32,000 nt of DNA from Candidatus Scalindua sp. Its GTDB lineage: Bacteria > Planctomycetota > Brocadiia > Brocadiales > Scalinduaceae. The translations under genes were made by a program, and so were the position numbers. Location: positions 185 through 32,184 of the forward strand of contig JAIQZR010000192.1 of NCBI GenBank assembly GCA_021777035.1, in the 5' to 3' direction. The notes below the pieces were generated by a model. The model worked only from the letters and a program-made list of their open reading frames with translations, did no database searches and was not told the origin of the DNA. Shown here piece by piece: positions 17,790-27,601 of this stretch. How positions within the stretch are numbered: position 1 is the stretch's first letter; every line of letters begins with the position of its first letter.

Positions 17790-17837
17790 GAGTTCCATGT
17801 TACATGTTGTGTGTTTTCTACTTGTAACATGGAACTC
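17790..17837 (+). promoter_or_regulatory. 15-bp perfect inverted repeat downstream of the cluster
   Basis: GAGTTCCATGTTACA (17790-17804) / TGTAACATGGAACTC (17823-17837), 18-nt loop; no following U-tract. Confidence 0.75.
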
Positions 17838-18051
17838 TGTACTCTATTGCTAAGGAGTATATCCAACCACAATGATCACTCCTCTATTTAACCATATCTC
17901 TTCACTTTAACATTGTCAGTGTCTTTATTGGCAAAATATTGACAAATGTTATTTTTAGGGTAAAATCGATCTTGTACTTAATATTACAAGAACAAGAACT
18001 ACATACATAAGACAGTATTATGGAAGCGTTTAGAAAAAGGAAGGTGGTCCA

Positions 18052-18543
18052 ATGTTAAATTTTTATAGAAAACTTTTTACCTCTACAGTTGCCCTGTTTG
18101 TACTTGTTGTATTAAACTTTACAAATAGCTCAATTAATAATGTACAAGCAGTAGATTATATAAAAAAACCATCAGAAACTCATCATCAGTCATTCGAACC
18201 TTACGAAAACCCAATTGTTATTCCTGATCCAAAACCAAGAGGTGTTGTTGTAAGAGTCAAAGAGATTACAACATACGAAGTAGTTGTTGACGAGCAAAAG
18301 GTGAATGCAAACAAAGTGACCATGGAGGATCTAGATCTTATAGAGTTGAAAGATAAAAAAGATATCAATTTCCACCAGGTGGACTGTTTTTTTTATGCAA
18401 AGGTAAAGCAGACTCAAACAAAATCAACAGACTATATATCAAGCACTAGATGGAGAGAAGGTGAACAATTCTGGTTGTCAGACGGTGGGAAATACGTTGA
18501 GTGGGAACCGTGGTCTGAATGGTATTCAGGTAATAAATGGTAA
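18052..18543 (+). CDS. Secreted hypothetical protein
   Basis: 163 aa ORF with signal-peptide-like N-terminus (LFTSTVALFVLVVLNFTNSSINNVQAVD), preceded by AAGGAAGGTGG; no recognised domain. Confidence 0.65.
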   Translation: MLNFYRKLFTSTVALFVLVVLNFTNSSINNVQAVDYIKKPSETHHQSFEPYENPIVIPDPKPRGVVVRVKEITTYEVVVDEQKVNANKVTMEDLDLIELKDKKDINFHQVDCFFYAKVKQTQTKSTDYISSTRWREGEQFWLSDGGKYVEWEPWSEWYSGNKW

Positions 18544-18779
18544 TACGTACAACAAGTAGAGAACCTTGTATTCAGAACGTAACTATTGTAGGTTAAGTTT
18601 GCAGTTGCAGATTAGCTTATTTTTACTTCGTTAAAACCTACTGAAAGTAAAAGGAGGTACAATTAACCATACGAGAACCTCTGCTCTGATGAGCAGACAC
18701 TATGAAATACAGGCGCTTTTTCTAGCACTTTGTTCTCCTGGTAATGCCAGACACTTCATCGTAATAGGTGATTGTCACC

Positions 18780-19451
18780 CTAGTGATCTTGAACTCCTTC
18801 TCTTTTTGTTTTATACAATTCGAAAGATTCATCTTTTTTTGCATACTGGCTGATATTTCTGTCAGTATACATTAAAGACATTACCCTGTTCACACCCCTA
18901 TGTGACATCAAATGGAACTCTTCAAGTGTCACCTCCAGATCTTCCTTTAACCACACCATCTTTTTATGTGATTTGTCTTCTTCTACAAAATCCGGCTCGC
19001 CATTTCCCTCTATAAAGATTGTTTCAGTCTTCTTTATATCATTTTCAGCAAATTGTAAAGTATAATCACTCCAACTACTAAGTATGACAATCTTATACAG
19101 TTTATTTTCATAAAAGAAGAATGTGAAACGTCCTCCACCAACACCCCTTGTAAGTAGTGTGACCTTATTGTTTACCATCGGCTCATATTCAGATTTGTCA
19201 GGAGCAGGAAATTGTTTCTGTACTGCACTTAAGCTGATTCCAAAATCAAGCGGTTGTTCTGCTGTTACTGATTCCGAATTGGATTCATTTTCAGATGCAT
19301 AACCAAGCATTGTTTTAATGGTTTCTACATCCTTATATATTTCTTCATCTGTGATTGTCTTTTGATCGGTAGCAACATTCTCTGTTGTGGTACAGTTTTG
19401 AATAATTACCATTGAAAGAATCGACAATAAAACAAACCAGATTTTTTTCAT
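18780..19451 (-). CDS. Hypothetical lipoprotein
   Basis: MKKIWFVLLSILSMVIIQNCTTTENV lipobox-like signal; no recognised domain. Confidence 0.7.
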   Translation of the reverse strand: MKKIWFVLLSILSMVIIQNCTTTENVATDQKTITDEEIYKDVETIKTMLGYASENESNSESVTAEQPLDFGISLSAVQKQFPAPDKSEYEPMVNNKVTLLTRGVGGGRFTFFFYENKLYKIVILSSWSDYTLQFAENDIKKTETIFIEGNGEPDFVEEDKSHKKMVWLKEDLEVTLEEFHLMSHRGVNRVMSLMYTDRNISQYAKKDESFELYKTKREGVQDH

Positions 19452-19509
19452 ACTAGTTTTTCGATGTCATGGATGAGAATTGAAAAACGGACTCTGAAGT
19501 TCTCTGATA

Positions 19510-20502
19510 TCAAGGTACTTCTATATTATCAAAGATATTTTGTATGACTTTTTCTGCTGTCATTTCTTCTGCCTCTGCTTCATAGGTGATGATCACTCTA
19601 TGACGCAGTACGTCCATTCCTATTGATTTTACATCTTGTGGAGTAACATAGCCCCTGCCTTTGAGAAAAGCATATGCCTTTGACGCAATAGCGAGGTAAA
19701 TAGTCGCCCTGGGCGACGCACCATATTCAATGAATTCGTCTAAATCTAGCCCGTACTTTTGAGGATCTCTGGTGGCAATTACCAAGTCTACTATATAATC
19801 TTTTATCTTATCATCAATATAAATCTGATCGACTACGCCGCGTAAGCGCTTTATATCGCTTGATTTTAAAACAGAATTTACTTTGATACTTGTATCGGTC
19901 AAGGCCATTCTATCCATGATTTCACGTTCTTCACTTTTATTAGGATAATCCACATTAATTTTTAACATGAATCTATCAACCTGTGCTTCCGGTAGAGGAT
20001 AAGTACCTTCTTGTTCAATCGGATTTTGCGTAGCAAGTACCAGGAAAGGGTCTTCAAGTTTAAATGTATCACTGCCAATCGTTACCTGCTTTTCCTGCAT
20101 CGCTTCCAAAAGAGCACTCTGTACCTTTGCGGGTGCCCTATTAATTTCATCAGCAAGAATAATATTTGAGAAAATAGGACCTTTTTTAGTAGTAAACTCT
20201 CCGCTACGAGGATTATATATAAGTGTACCTATCAAGTCTGCCGGCAGAAGATCTGGTGTAAATTGGAGCCGTTGATATTTTACCTGAATTGCTTTTGCCA
20301 GAGTCATTACAGATAATGTCTTTGCTAACCCAGGAACGCCTTCCAACAGGATGTGGCCATTAGCCAGGATGCCAATCAGCAATCTTTCTATGAGATGTTT
20401 TTGTCCTACAATTACTTTCCCCATCTCATTACTCAGATCAGAAAGAACACGGCTCTCTTCCTTGATTACATCAGTTATATTTTTTATATCTTTTGATTCC
20501 AT
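19510..20502 (-). CDS. MoxR-family AAA ATPase
   Basis: GHILLEGVPGLAKTLSVMTLAKA, LQFTPDLLPADLIGT, IILADEINRAPAKVQSALLEAMQEKQVT, FLVLATQNPIEQEGTYPLPEAQVDRF. Confidence 0.96.
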   Translation of the reverse strand: MESKDIKNITDVIKEESRVLSDLSNEMGKVIVGQKHLIERLLIGILANGHILLEGVPGLAKTLSVMTLAKAIQVKYQRLQFTPDLLPADLIGTLIYNPRSGEFTTKKGPIFSNIILADEINRAPAKVQSALLEAMQEKQVTIGSDTFKLEDPFLVLATQNPIEQEGTYPLPEAQVDRFMLKINVDYPNKSEEREIMDRMALTDTSIKVNSVLKSSDIKRLRGVVDQIYIDDKIKDYIVDLVIATRDPQKYGLDLDEFIEYGASPRATIYLAIASKAYAFLKGRGYVTPQDVKSIGMDVLRHRVIITYEAEAEEMTAEKVIQNIFDNIEVP

Positions 20503-20719
20503 AATTTATACCTTTTCAGTCGTAGCGACTATAGCCTTTTTTTTGGGAGTTATTCTCTTGCACGTAGACTTTCGCTGGAACTATGGATGTTAGAAGAGAA
20601 CTCTTACTAAAAAAGCGATTAAAAAGCCAGCTAGTTTTTTTCAGATTTGCATAAAACCATAGCCTAGTAGTCGTCTGGAGCAAAAGCCAACGTCTAATAA
20701 TCTTATTAATCAGTATTAG

Positions 20720-23023
20720 TTATTGAATTTCTCTTACTACACTTGCTTCTATCAGATCTTGAATCTTGTTTTTGTTCATTAGGTAGACAAAGTTTGTCTC
20801 TGAACCGGTAACATAATAATCATTACCGGCCTCTTTCCCTACCAGCAATGAAGCCTCGCCATCGTCAAAACTGATAGTGATGTTAAACTGTGGGTTATCA
20901 AACCCATATTTTGATAAATTCTCGTTTGAATACTGTACAATAAACTCACCCATCAGCAATTTCATTGAAGAGATTATTCTATCTGCCAAATTCCCGCTCA
21001 ATAGTATATTTTCTGGCTTGATCATACGCCACATCTGTTCTTCATTTTTCTGAAAAAGCAACTCCTTTTCAGGATGTATTATTTTAATAGACTTTGCATT
21101 CGCACTATCGAAGCTGAACAACGTTCTTGTGACAAGCTCGATACTATAATCCCTGACGTCAGTCCACCCTACCTGAAAAATCATGCCTTCGCCATCCACT
21201 TTCGCATAATAATTAGACTTATCTTTCTCCGGTTCCACTTTATTTCCTATCAGGAGTGTCTTTGTCTTCAATTCTTTTGGCTTTACCAGATCATCTTTCT
21301 GGCTAATTACATGATCACCTTGTGGAGCCACACCAGCATCTTCATATGTTAAAGATGCACTTAACAGGGGATTATCAAATCCATAATCAGCAGAGTTTTC
21401 GGATGAAAGAGCAACTATCTTATCCGCCAACAGAAACGAGAGGTTCCATACCACTTGATTAATGGAGTCCAGTTCAGCTTGCATTGATACAGGGCTAATC
21501 ATATTCCACTTCGGTCTACGCATAGTAGAATCGTCTGCCGTCTCACATATGAGTGTTTTGCCATCCCTTTTGATAACCATTTTCTGAGCACTTTCCTTAG
21601 GGAATTCCATGACTAACTTGTCTCTGAATGCGAGATAACCTTCCGTGGCAATATCATAGAAATTCTCCGATGGTACCGTATAAACCGCATCTTCTCCGTC
21701 TCGTCTCACGTAGCACAGTCCACCATTTTCATCAGCATTACCTATTAAGAATTTCACAGTTTCACCTTCGCCAATCCTCCTGAAGACTGAAACTTCGATA
21801 GGTGAACCTGCTAATCCATACTTTTCAAAGTTAGTACCGCTATCATCAACATATTGCTGTATCTGCAAATCCTTAATTTTTTCTACAAATTCTCTTACAA
21901 CGTCTCTATCAGCAAGAATCTCTTTTGGCGATTTAATCATCCAATCATATTGTACCGTTTTTTCCATAACAAGTGTCGAATCAGGATATTTTAAATCAAT
22001 TTTTTCTATACCGTAAGTGCCGATTGCATCAAACCTCAAGAGCTGCTTGTCACGCAAATCATTTAATTCCAGATCCAGATCGCGAAGAAACATATCCTGT
22101 ACAAAGAAAATTGAACTTTCTCCGTCAAGCTTTGCATAAATTTTTTCATCCAGGCTGTGTCCCAAATGGATAGTTTGCACATCGTTTGCAGTACCAATGC
22201 TGAGAGTAAACACGGGCTTATCCAGTCCGTAGTTGATAATATCTTCTTCGCTATCGGACACAAAATCTTCTTTAGCGATCTTCAGGTTTTTCAATTCATT
22301 GAGCATATCATTGATTCTCTCAGTATCAGCACGGTCTGAAAGCGGTTGTGTTATCCACCAGAGTTGCTCGGCCTTCGAACACACCACAGAATCATTCGAC
22401 TCTCTCTCAAGCCGAACCCTCTCTACCGAATGTTTATCAAACTCAAAAGCCCATTTACTTCTTAAATCATTGATATCTTTGTCTATTTTCTCCAGGAATT
22501 TAGCGTCAACGACAGAAACATCCTTGTCGTCACCCACTGTTATATATACCGTGTCTTGTCCTGCAGCCAGCTTGTCTCCGATATTGACGGTATACCTGGC
22601 AACATCTCCAGATGTTCCGCCAACCATTGAACCCTTTTTCAACCAGAGGCTAATGGTAATAGCTGGAGTTTCAAGACCATACTCTTTCAAACTGAAATTT
22701 GTAGTCTCACTTTTTTCAACAATACCTATTTTTCTCAGAAACTCAAATTGTGAGAGAATTTCAGCCACTTCAGCTTTGTCAGCTCTTAACTGTAGCGGTT
22801 CCAACATCCGCCATGTTTCATTATCAGTGCTCTCAAGGACAATATTAGTATTCCCCTTTTTCATTTCTATTTTATTAATCTGGCCTGGTTTATAATCTGG
22901 CAGTGCCATTTGTTGTCTCTGTACCCACACATCTGTTCTATATTGCTTTCTGTCATATAGAAATATGTATGCCGCACCAATGCCTGCTACTATTAAGAGT
23001 ATTATTGTAGTTTTAAACTTCAT
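20720..23023 (-). CDS. DUF4340-domain protein, membrane-anchored
   Basis: N-terminal TM, then repeated blocks such as NKIEMKKGNTNIVLESTDNETWRMLEP...LKEYGLETPAITISL...VNIGDKLAAGQDTVYI; adjacent to a GldG-like gene. Confidence 0.82.
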   Translation of the reverse strand: MKFKTTIILLIVAGIGAAYIFLYDRKQYRTDVWVQRQQMALPDYKPGQINKIEMKKGNTNIVLESTDNETWRMLEPLQLRADKAEVAEILSQFEFLRKIGIVEKSETTNFSLKEYGLETPAITISLWLKKGSMVGGTSGDVARYTVNIGDKLAAGQDTVYITVGDDKDVSVVDAKFLEKIDKDINDLRSKWAFEFDKHSVERVRLERESNDSVVCSKAEQLWWITQPLSDRADTERINDMLNELKNLKIAKEDFVSDSEEDIINYGLDKPVFTLSIGTANDVQTIHLGHSLDEKIYAKLDGESSIFFVQDMFLRDLDLELNDLRDKQLLRFDAIGTYGIEKIDLKYPDSTLVMEKTVQYDWMIKSPKEILADRDVVREFVEKIKDLQIQQYVDDSGTNFEKYGLAGSPIEVSVFRRIGEGETVKFLIGNADENGGLCYVRRDGEDAVYTVPSENFYDIATEGYLAFRDKLVMEFPKESAQKMVIKRDGKTLICETADDSTMRRPKWNMISPVSMQAELDSINQVVWNLSFLLADKIVALSSENSADYGFDNPLLSASLTYEDAGVAPQGDHVISQKDDLVKPKELKTKTLLIGNKVEPEKDKSNYYAKVDGEGMIFQVGWTDVRDYSIELVTRTLFSFDSANAKSIKIIHPEKELLFQKNEEQMWRMIKPENILLSGNLADRIISSMKLLMGEFIVQYSNENLSKYGFDNPQFNITISFDDGEASLLVGKEAGNDYYVTGSETNFVYLMNKNKIQDLIEASVVREIQ

Positions 23024-23046
23024 AATTTAATTAAAGCCTCCGATTA

Positions 23047-24633
23047 TTATCTTCTTCTTCTCCACCAGACGAAGCCGCCAATTATTATTCCAATAGAAGG
23101 TAGTCCTGCAATAGACAACCAAAATATTGCGGCTAGTTGTCCAGGTCTGACAATAGCCCTTCTGACATCAGGAGCCTTTGCTGATATCCCTAACTCCTTT
23201 TCCCTCCTAGCCAGCCAGCTTATCGCATTTAAGACAAGATCCTGATTACCCGGATTATCAGAAAATGCGTTTGCGGCAAAATCTGTATCACCAAAGATAA
23301 CAACACGTGGCCCCTTTTTACCAATATCTGCAAACGCCTGCGTAGCATGTGGAGGTGCAGTAGGATTTGGCTTCGCTTCTCTTAACTCCGATGCCACTGC
23401 TAATATAATCGGAGAGCTGATGTCCGAATCCTCATCATATTTTGGTCTTTTTTTACCAACTATCTCAGTTTCACCCCAACTTTGATCAGGGGCCTGTACA
23501 ATCCCTACTGCAGAAAATGCCATTGCATCACTCAATGGGACAATACTAAGTGCGCTTGAACCATAGAAAACAGACGTCAGCTTTTTGATGTCGTTTGTGA
23601 TTTCGTGGTCTAAGTACTTATCATCACTTATATATACCTCAACAACTGTCTGCATACCAAAAAGCGGCATATTCACTTTGTTGTATACAACCGCATCATC
23701 CCTGACCACTACGCCATACTCTCCTAGCAATGCACTTAAGCCGGATGATTTATTCACACCTACGGCAGGCTCCAGCATTACGATTAACTTGCCGTTTTTA
23801 AGTTCACCCTTATCATTTATCAACCTTGCTGAAGTCCCTACATAGTCGCGGATGTAGTTTGTCTCTTGTGTTGAGAAATTCTTTGTTGGTCCTGCGATGA
23901 AGAGTATGTCGCAATTTTCAGGAACTCTCTTCTGTTTTAGCAAATCAAGAGGCAGGACGTTGTAATTAGCACGCTTGATAGCACTTGCCAGATTTCCAAT
24001 CCCTGCTCGCTCAAAGTCTCCGTAATCTCTCTCTCCATGTCCTTTGGTAAAGTACACGTTTGTCTGTTTTTCTCGTGTTACATTTAAGACGGCAGACGTG
24101 AAGATCTCTTCGCCCTTGAATTTAAAAGGAAATTCTCTTTCAATTACTTCAGATTGCAGTACATGCTTACTCTTATCTCCACAAGTGAAAATTATGGAGT
24201 TTATTTGCAATTGCTCCAGATCCATCTTGAGCTTCTCTGCAAGCTCAGTTATTTTTGTACGATCGGTCAAAGGGTTCAGAAGAGTAACCGTTATTTTATC
24301 TGATAAATACTTGTATTCCTCTAGTATGTCTATAACCTGCCCGTAAAAACGGTAGTCCTGTTTTTTTACCAGAAGTGAAGTAATAAAAACGGGTTGATCT
24401 AGATTTTTCAGAATTTTCTTTGTTTTGGCAGTTAATGAGTATTTTCCCGACGCAGTAAAGTCGCAACGATAATAATGCCTATCGTTAATGTAGCTGACAA
24501 ATACAAAGATGGCTACTGCGATAAGTATCATAAAGATTACATTAGCCCCGATCAGGGTTTTCTTTTTTCTTATATCTTGTGGATTCTCTGATGTTGTTAC
24601 TTCTTTATTATTCAATGACTTTCCTACCTCCAC
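23047..24633 (-). CDS. GldG-like ABC-associated auxiliary protein
   Basis: N-terminal TM, YYRCDFTASGKYSLTAKTKKILKNLDQPVFITSLL, VYFTKGHGERD, VVIFGDTDFAANA, C-terminal TM; overlaps the permease gene. Confidence 0.86.
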   Translation of the reverse strand: MEVGKSLNNKEVTTSENPQDIRKKKTLIGANVIFMILIAVAIFVFVSYINDRHYYRCDFTASGKYSLTAKTKKILKNLDQPVFITSLLVKKQDYRFYGQVIDILEEYKYLSDKITVTLLNPLTDRTKITELAEKLKMDLEQLQINSIIFTCGDKSKHVLQSEVIEREFPFKFKGEEIFTSAVLNVTREKQTNVYFTKGHGERDYGDFERAGIGNLASAIKRANYNVLPLDLLKQKRVPENCDILFIAGPTKNFSTQETNYIRDYVGTSARLINDKGELKNGKLIVMLEPAVGVNKSSGLSALLGEYGVVVRDDAVVYNKVNMPLFGMQTVVEVYISDDKYLDHEITNDIKKLTSVFYGSSALSIVPLSDAMAFSAVGIVQAPDQSWGETEIVGKKRPKYDEDSDISSPIILAVASELREAKPNPTAPPHATQAFADIGKKGPRVVIFGDTDFAANAFSDNPGNQDLVLNAISWLARREKELGISAKAPDVRRAIVRPGQLAAIFWLSIAGLPSIGIIIGGFVWWRRRR

Positions 24634-25334
24634 TTTCTACTCTCAACATTTCGTACTGTAATAAACAAAAGTAATGTCGTAAAACTCAAATAGTAAATTA
24701 CATCCCTGGTATCCACAATGCCTTTTGTAAAAGAAGACCAATGATCATAAGTCCCAATATATCTTAGAGCTTCGTAAAACCAACCATCCCCATATGTACT
24801 CAAAAAACCGACTACCCAGAGAATTATTAATGCAACTATCCCTATCACAGCAGCAACAACCTGGTTCTTTGTTAACGATGACACAAGCAAACCAACAGAT
24901 ACAAATAGCGCACCCATGAGCAACAGTCCAATATAACTGGAAAAGATAGGCCCGAAATCAGGATTTCCAAAAATGGACAGGAACAATACATAAATCCATG
25001 TAGGAAGTATCATCACCGCATACAAGCTTAAGGCGGCAAGAAACTTACCAAACACCACATCAAAATCCGTTACCGGAGAAGTCATGAGAGTCTCAATCGT
25101 TCCGGACTTTGACTCATCCGAAAAGAGTTTCATGGTGATTACCGGTGTAAGCAACAGAAGGAAAAATTGAATTGAGTCCAGGCTACCCTTAAGGGACGCT
25201 TCCTGCCAGAACTGCAAATTACCCGCAAAAAAGAAACCGGCTGCGATTAAGAACACAGAAATCACAACGTATGCAATTGGCGAATAGAAGTAGGACAGTA
25301 ATTCTCGTTGATATATAGCAGATACATTACGCAT
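24624..25334 (-). CDS. ABC-2-type permease (GldF/NosY-like)
   Basis: AIYQRELLSYFYSPIAYVVISVFLIAAGFFF; MKLFSDESKSGTIETLMTSPVTDFDVVFGKFLAA; multiple TM helices. Confidence 0.9.
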   Translation of the reverse strand: MRNVSAIYQRELLSYFYSPIAYVVISVFLIAAGFFFAGNLQFWQEASLKGSLDSIQFFLLLLTPVITMKLFSDESKSGTIETLMTSPVTDFDVVFGKFLAALSLYAVMILPTWIYVLFLSIFGNPDFGPIFSSYIGLLLMGALFVSVGLLVSSLTKNQVVAAVIGIVALIILWVVGFLSTYGDGWFYEALRYIGTYDHWSSFTKGIVDTRDVIYYLSFTTLLLFITVRNVESRKWR

Positions 25335-26280
25335 TGGCTGTTTCTACCTCCGTTTCAGTGGTTGTTACTTGATGAAAAATTTCTTCTAAGGTAATAGTCT
25401 GTCGTTTCAATTCTCGCAGTATATAATTGTTTTTTACAATGCAATTAAAAGTGGCTTCTCTTATATCTTTTTCACCATTTCCATTGATATAAAACTCATT
25501 TGCATCGTCCTTTTTTCTATATGATACTGATTGGACGGTGTCAATTTCAGACAGACTTTTCTTTATCTTTTCACCATCACCCTTCACCTCTAAAACCAGA
25601 TTTGAACCTGTCTTCAACTGCTTCATGAGATTTCCAGGTGTATCCATAGCCACTATCTTACCCTTATTAATTATCATAACCCTATCGCAGACCATTTCAA
25701 CTTCAGGAAGAATATGTGTTGACAGCAAAACAGTATGCTTCTGTCCCAAACCCTTAATAACACCCCTGATCTGCCTGATCTGATTAGGATCAAGTCCAAT
25801 AGTAGGTTCGTCGAGAATCAAGATTTTTGGATCATGGATTAACGTGTCTGCAAGACCTACCCTCTGTTTGTATCCTTTTGACAATGTACCTATAATCTGT
25901 TTCTGCACATCTGTTATTCCTGTCACTTCAAGACAATATTCTATCTTCTTCCTTCTTTCTCTTCTGGGTATATTCTTAAGCTTTGCGCGAAACATCAGAT
26001 ATTCATACGCTCTCATATCCAGATAAAGAGGAACGTTTTCAGGTAAATATCCAATCTGCTGGCGTACGTTTAGCGAATCAGTAAATACATCATGACCGGC
26101 TACCATTGCAGAACCGGCAGTCGCCGGCATAAAGCAGGTTAATATACGCATAGTGGTCGTTTTGCCAGCCCCGTTTGGGCCAAGCAGACCAACTATTTCA
26201 TTTTCATTCACATGGAAAGAAATGTCGTCTACTGCATTTATATTTACATATCGCTTCGTCAAATTTTTTACTTTTATCAT
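25327..26280 (-). CDS. ABC transporter ATP-binding protein
   Basis: GLLGPNGAGKTTTMRIL, LSKGYKQRVGLADTLIHDPKILILDEPTIGLDP, LLSTHILPEVE. Confidence 0.97.
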   Translation of the reverse strand: MIKVKNLTKRYVNINAVDDISFHVNENEIVGLLGPNGAGKTTTMRILTCFMPATAGSAMVAGHDVFTDSLNVRQQIGYLPENVPLYLDMRAYEYLMFRAKLKNIPRRERRKKIEYCLEVTGITDVQKQIIGTLSKGYKQRVGLADTLIHDPKILILDEPTIGLDPNQIRQIRGVIKGLGQKHTVLLSTHILPEVEMVCDRVMIINKGKIVAMDTPGNLMKQLKTGSNLVLEVKGDGEKIKKSLSEIDTVQSVSYRKKDDANEFYINGNGEKDIREATFNCIVKNNYILRELKRQTITLEEIFHQVTTTETEVETANA

Positions 26281-26357
26281 GTGGGAAATCTCCAGACAAC
26301 TTTTTAATATGTTACAAGCTTTTTATACTCAACATTACTTTAAGAAAATAAGTTCCC

Positions 26358-26561
26358 TTATTCTTCTTCTTTTTCAACATCCTCAGTAACGATAAGTCTA
26401 CCGCTTGCAAGCTCGTCAAATGCAGCCTTAACGGGATCACTCGTATCCGTCTCTACACGAGCCGGTGCACCATCCATCAATTCTCTTGCTCTCTTGATCA
26501 AGATGGTGGTCAGGTGGAAGGTTCCATAGTCTTCTGCAGGAATATATAAGTTCTCAGTCAT
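26358..26561 (-). CDS. rpoZ: Omega-like RNA polymerase subunit
   Basis: MTENLYIPAEDYGTFHLTTILIKRARELMDGAPARVETDTSDPVKAAFDELASGRLIV resembles the omega RAR-xL...PV..A..E...G.. pattern. Internal ATG at 26561 preferred over the track start of 26624. Confidence 0.68.
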   Translation of the reverse strand: MTENLYIPAEDYGTFHLTTILIKRARELMDGAPARVETDTSDPVKAAFDELASGRLIVTEDVEKEEE

Positions 26562-26695
26562 GTTGTATAGATGTGTCGAAATAATTAAAACCATTATTGT
26601 TACCATGTTTTTTGTATTCGTCAAGGAAAAACTTCACATTTTTTATTTTTAAAAGCTTCCTGAGCAAGTCTCGTTTATTCATACATACTTATAGC

Positions 26696-26724
26696 TTGAC
26701 TTTGTTGTTTCACAGAAGTATTTT
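26696..26724 (+). promoter_or_regulatory. Putative sigma70-type promoter of the cyclic-nucleotide-binding gene
   Basis: TTGACT at 26696-26701, 17 nt spacer, TATTTT at 26719-26724. Confidence 0.3.
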
Positions 26725-26860
26725 ATGTTGACGACAAAAAGACAAACAGTTGGAATCGCGTACCTTTTCATTTCGCAGACGGGTTTCTTTAAACGGTAAA
26801 GTATCATGAAATGTAATTAGTGAGGTCAGGACAATTGAATCTAAATACGGAGAGATTAAT

Positions 26861-27268
26861 ATGGGTTTAGCTGGTTCAGCATTCAAAGATGTTGGAAAAG
26901 AGTTTCCAAAAGGCACCACATTATTTAAAGAAGGCGATGAAGGCAAGGAAATGTTCCTGATAAATTCAGGTGAGGTTAAATTGATCAGAAAAACTTCACA
27001 GGGCGATGTGGTGTTGGCCAGATTGGGCTTCGGTGAATTCTTCGGAGAAATGTCCGTAATTACAAACCAGAAAAGAACCGTTACCGCTGAAACAGTAACT
27101 GATTGTCGATTGAATATCATAACTAAAGATATATTAGAAACATTAGTGGCCGGTAAGCCTTTAGTCGCGCTGAGCATTCTAAAAAAGTTAATGTTCAGAC
27201 TGGAAAATGCATACGACACTATAGAAGATCTTTATGTCAAACACATTAAAAATGATAAAGCAAAGTAG
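26861..27268 (+). CDS. Single-domain cyclic-nucleotide-binding (CAP/CRP effector-domain) protein
   Basis: FPKGTTLFKEGDEGKEMFLINSGEVKLIRK...VVLARLGFGEFFGEMSVITNQKRTVTAETVTDC; no C-terminal HTH. Confidence 0.9.
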   Translation: MGLAGSAFKDVGKEFPKGTTLFKEGDEGKEMFLINSGEVKLIRKTSQGDVVLARLGFGEFFGEMSVITNQKRTVTAETVTDCRLNIITKDILETLVAGKPLVALSILKKLMFRLENAYDTIEDLYVKHIKNDKAK

Positions 27269-27280
27269 CCTATTTCAAAA

Positions 27281-27556
27281 ATGAAGATCAATGAAGACTT
27301 TGTACCCGTGACGAAGGAATGCGTTGAGATTGAGGAACTTGATGATGGCTGCATACTCTATGATACAAAAAAAGATGAAGTGCACAGCTTAAATAGCACT
27401 GCGGCTTCTGTCTGGTTATGCTGTGATGGAAATCATGCAATAAAGGAAATAGCGGACGTTGTAGAAACATGTTTAGAGTCTGAAAGAAAGCCGATATTGA
27501 GGGATATAATAAAAATCATAAATGATTTCTCAAAAAAAGGACTTTTAACACCATAG
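27281..27556 (+). CDS. PqqD-family (RRE-like) small protein
   Basis: VEIEELDDGCILYDTKKDEVHSLNSTAASVWLCCDGNHAIKEIADVV matches the PqqD-fold pattern (xxHxLNxTAxxVWxxxDG). Confidence 0.85.
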   Translation: MKINEDFVPVTKECVEIEELDDGCILYDTKKDEVHSLNSTAASVWLCCDGNHAIKEIADVVETCLESERKPILRDIIKIINDFSKKGLLTP

Positions 27557-27601
27557 GCATTGTACCGTCCGGCACAATGTCTATTTTACATACCGATTTT
27601 T

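Noticed and set aside
18681-18696. CTGATGAG resembling a hammerhead ribozyme core
   Set aside because: It is part of a simple hairpin CTGCTC-TGAT-GAGCAG; no stem II or properly placed GAAA/stem III could be drawn.
22233-22895. 220-aa plus-strand ORF
   Set aside because: Lies wholly antisense to the well-supported DUF4340 gene and encodes Ser-rich, domain-less sequence; a shadow ORF.
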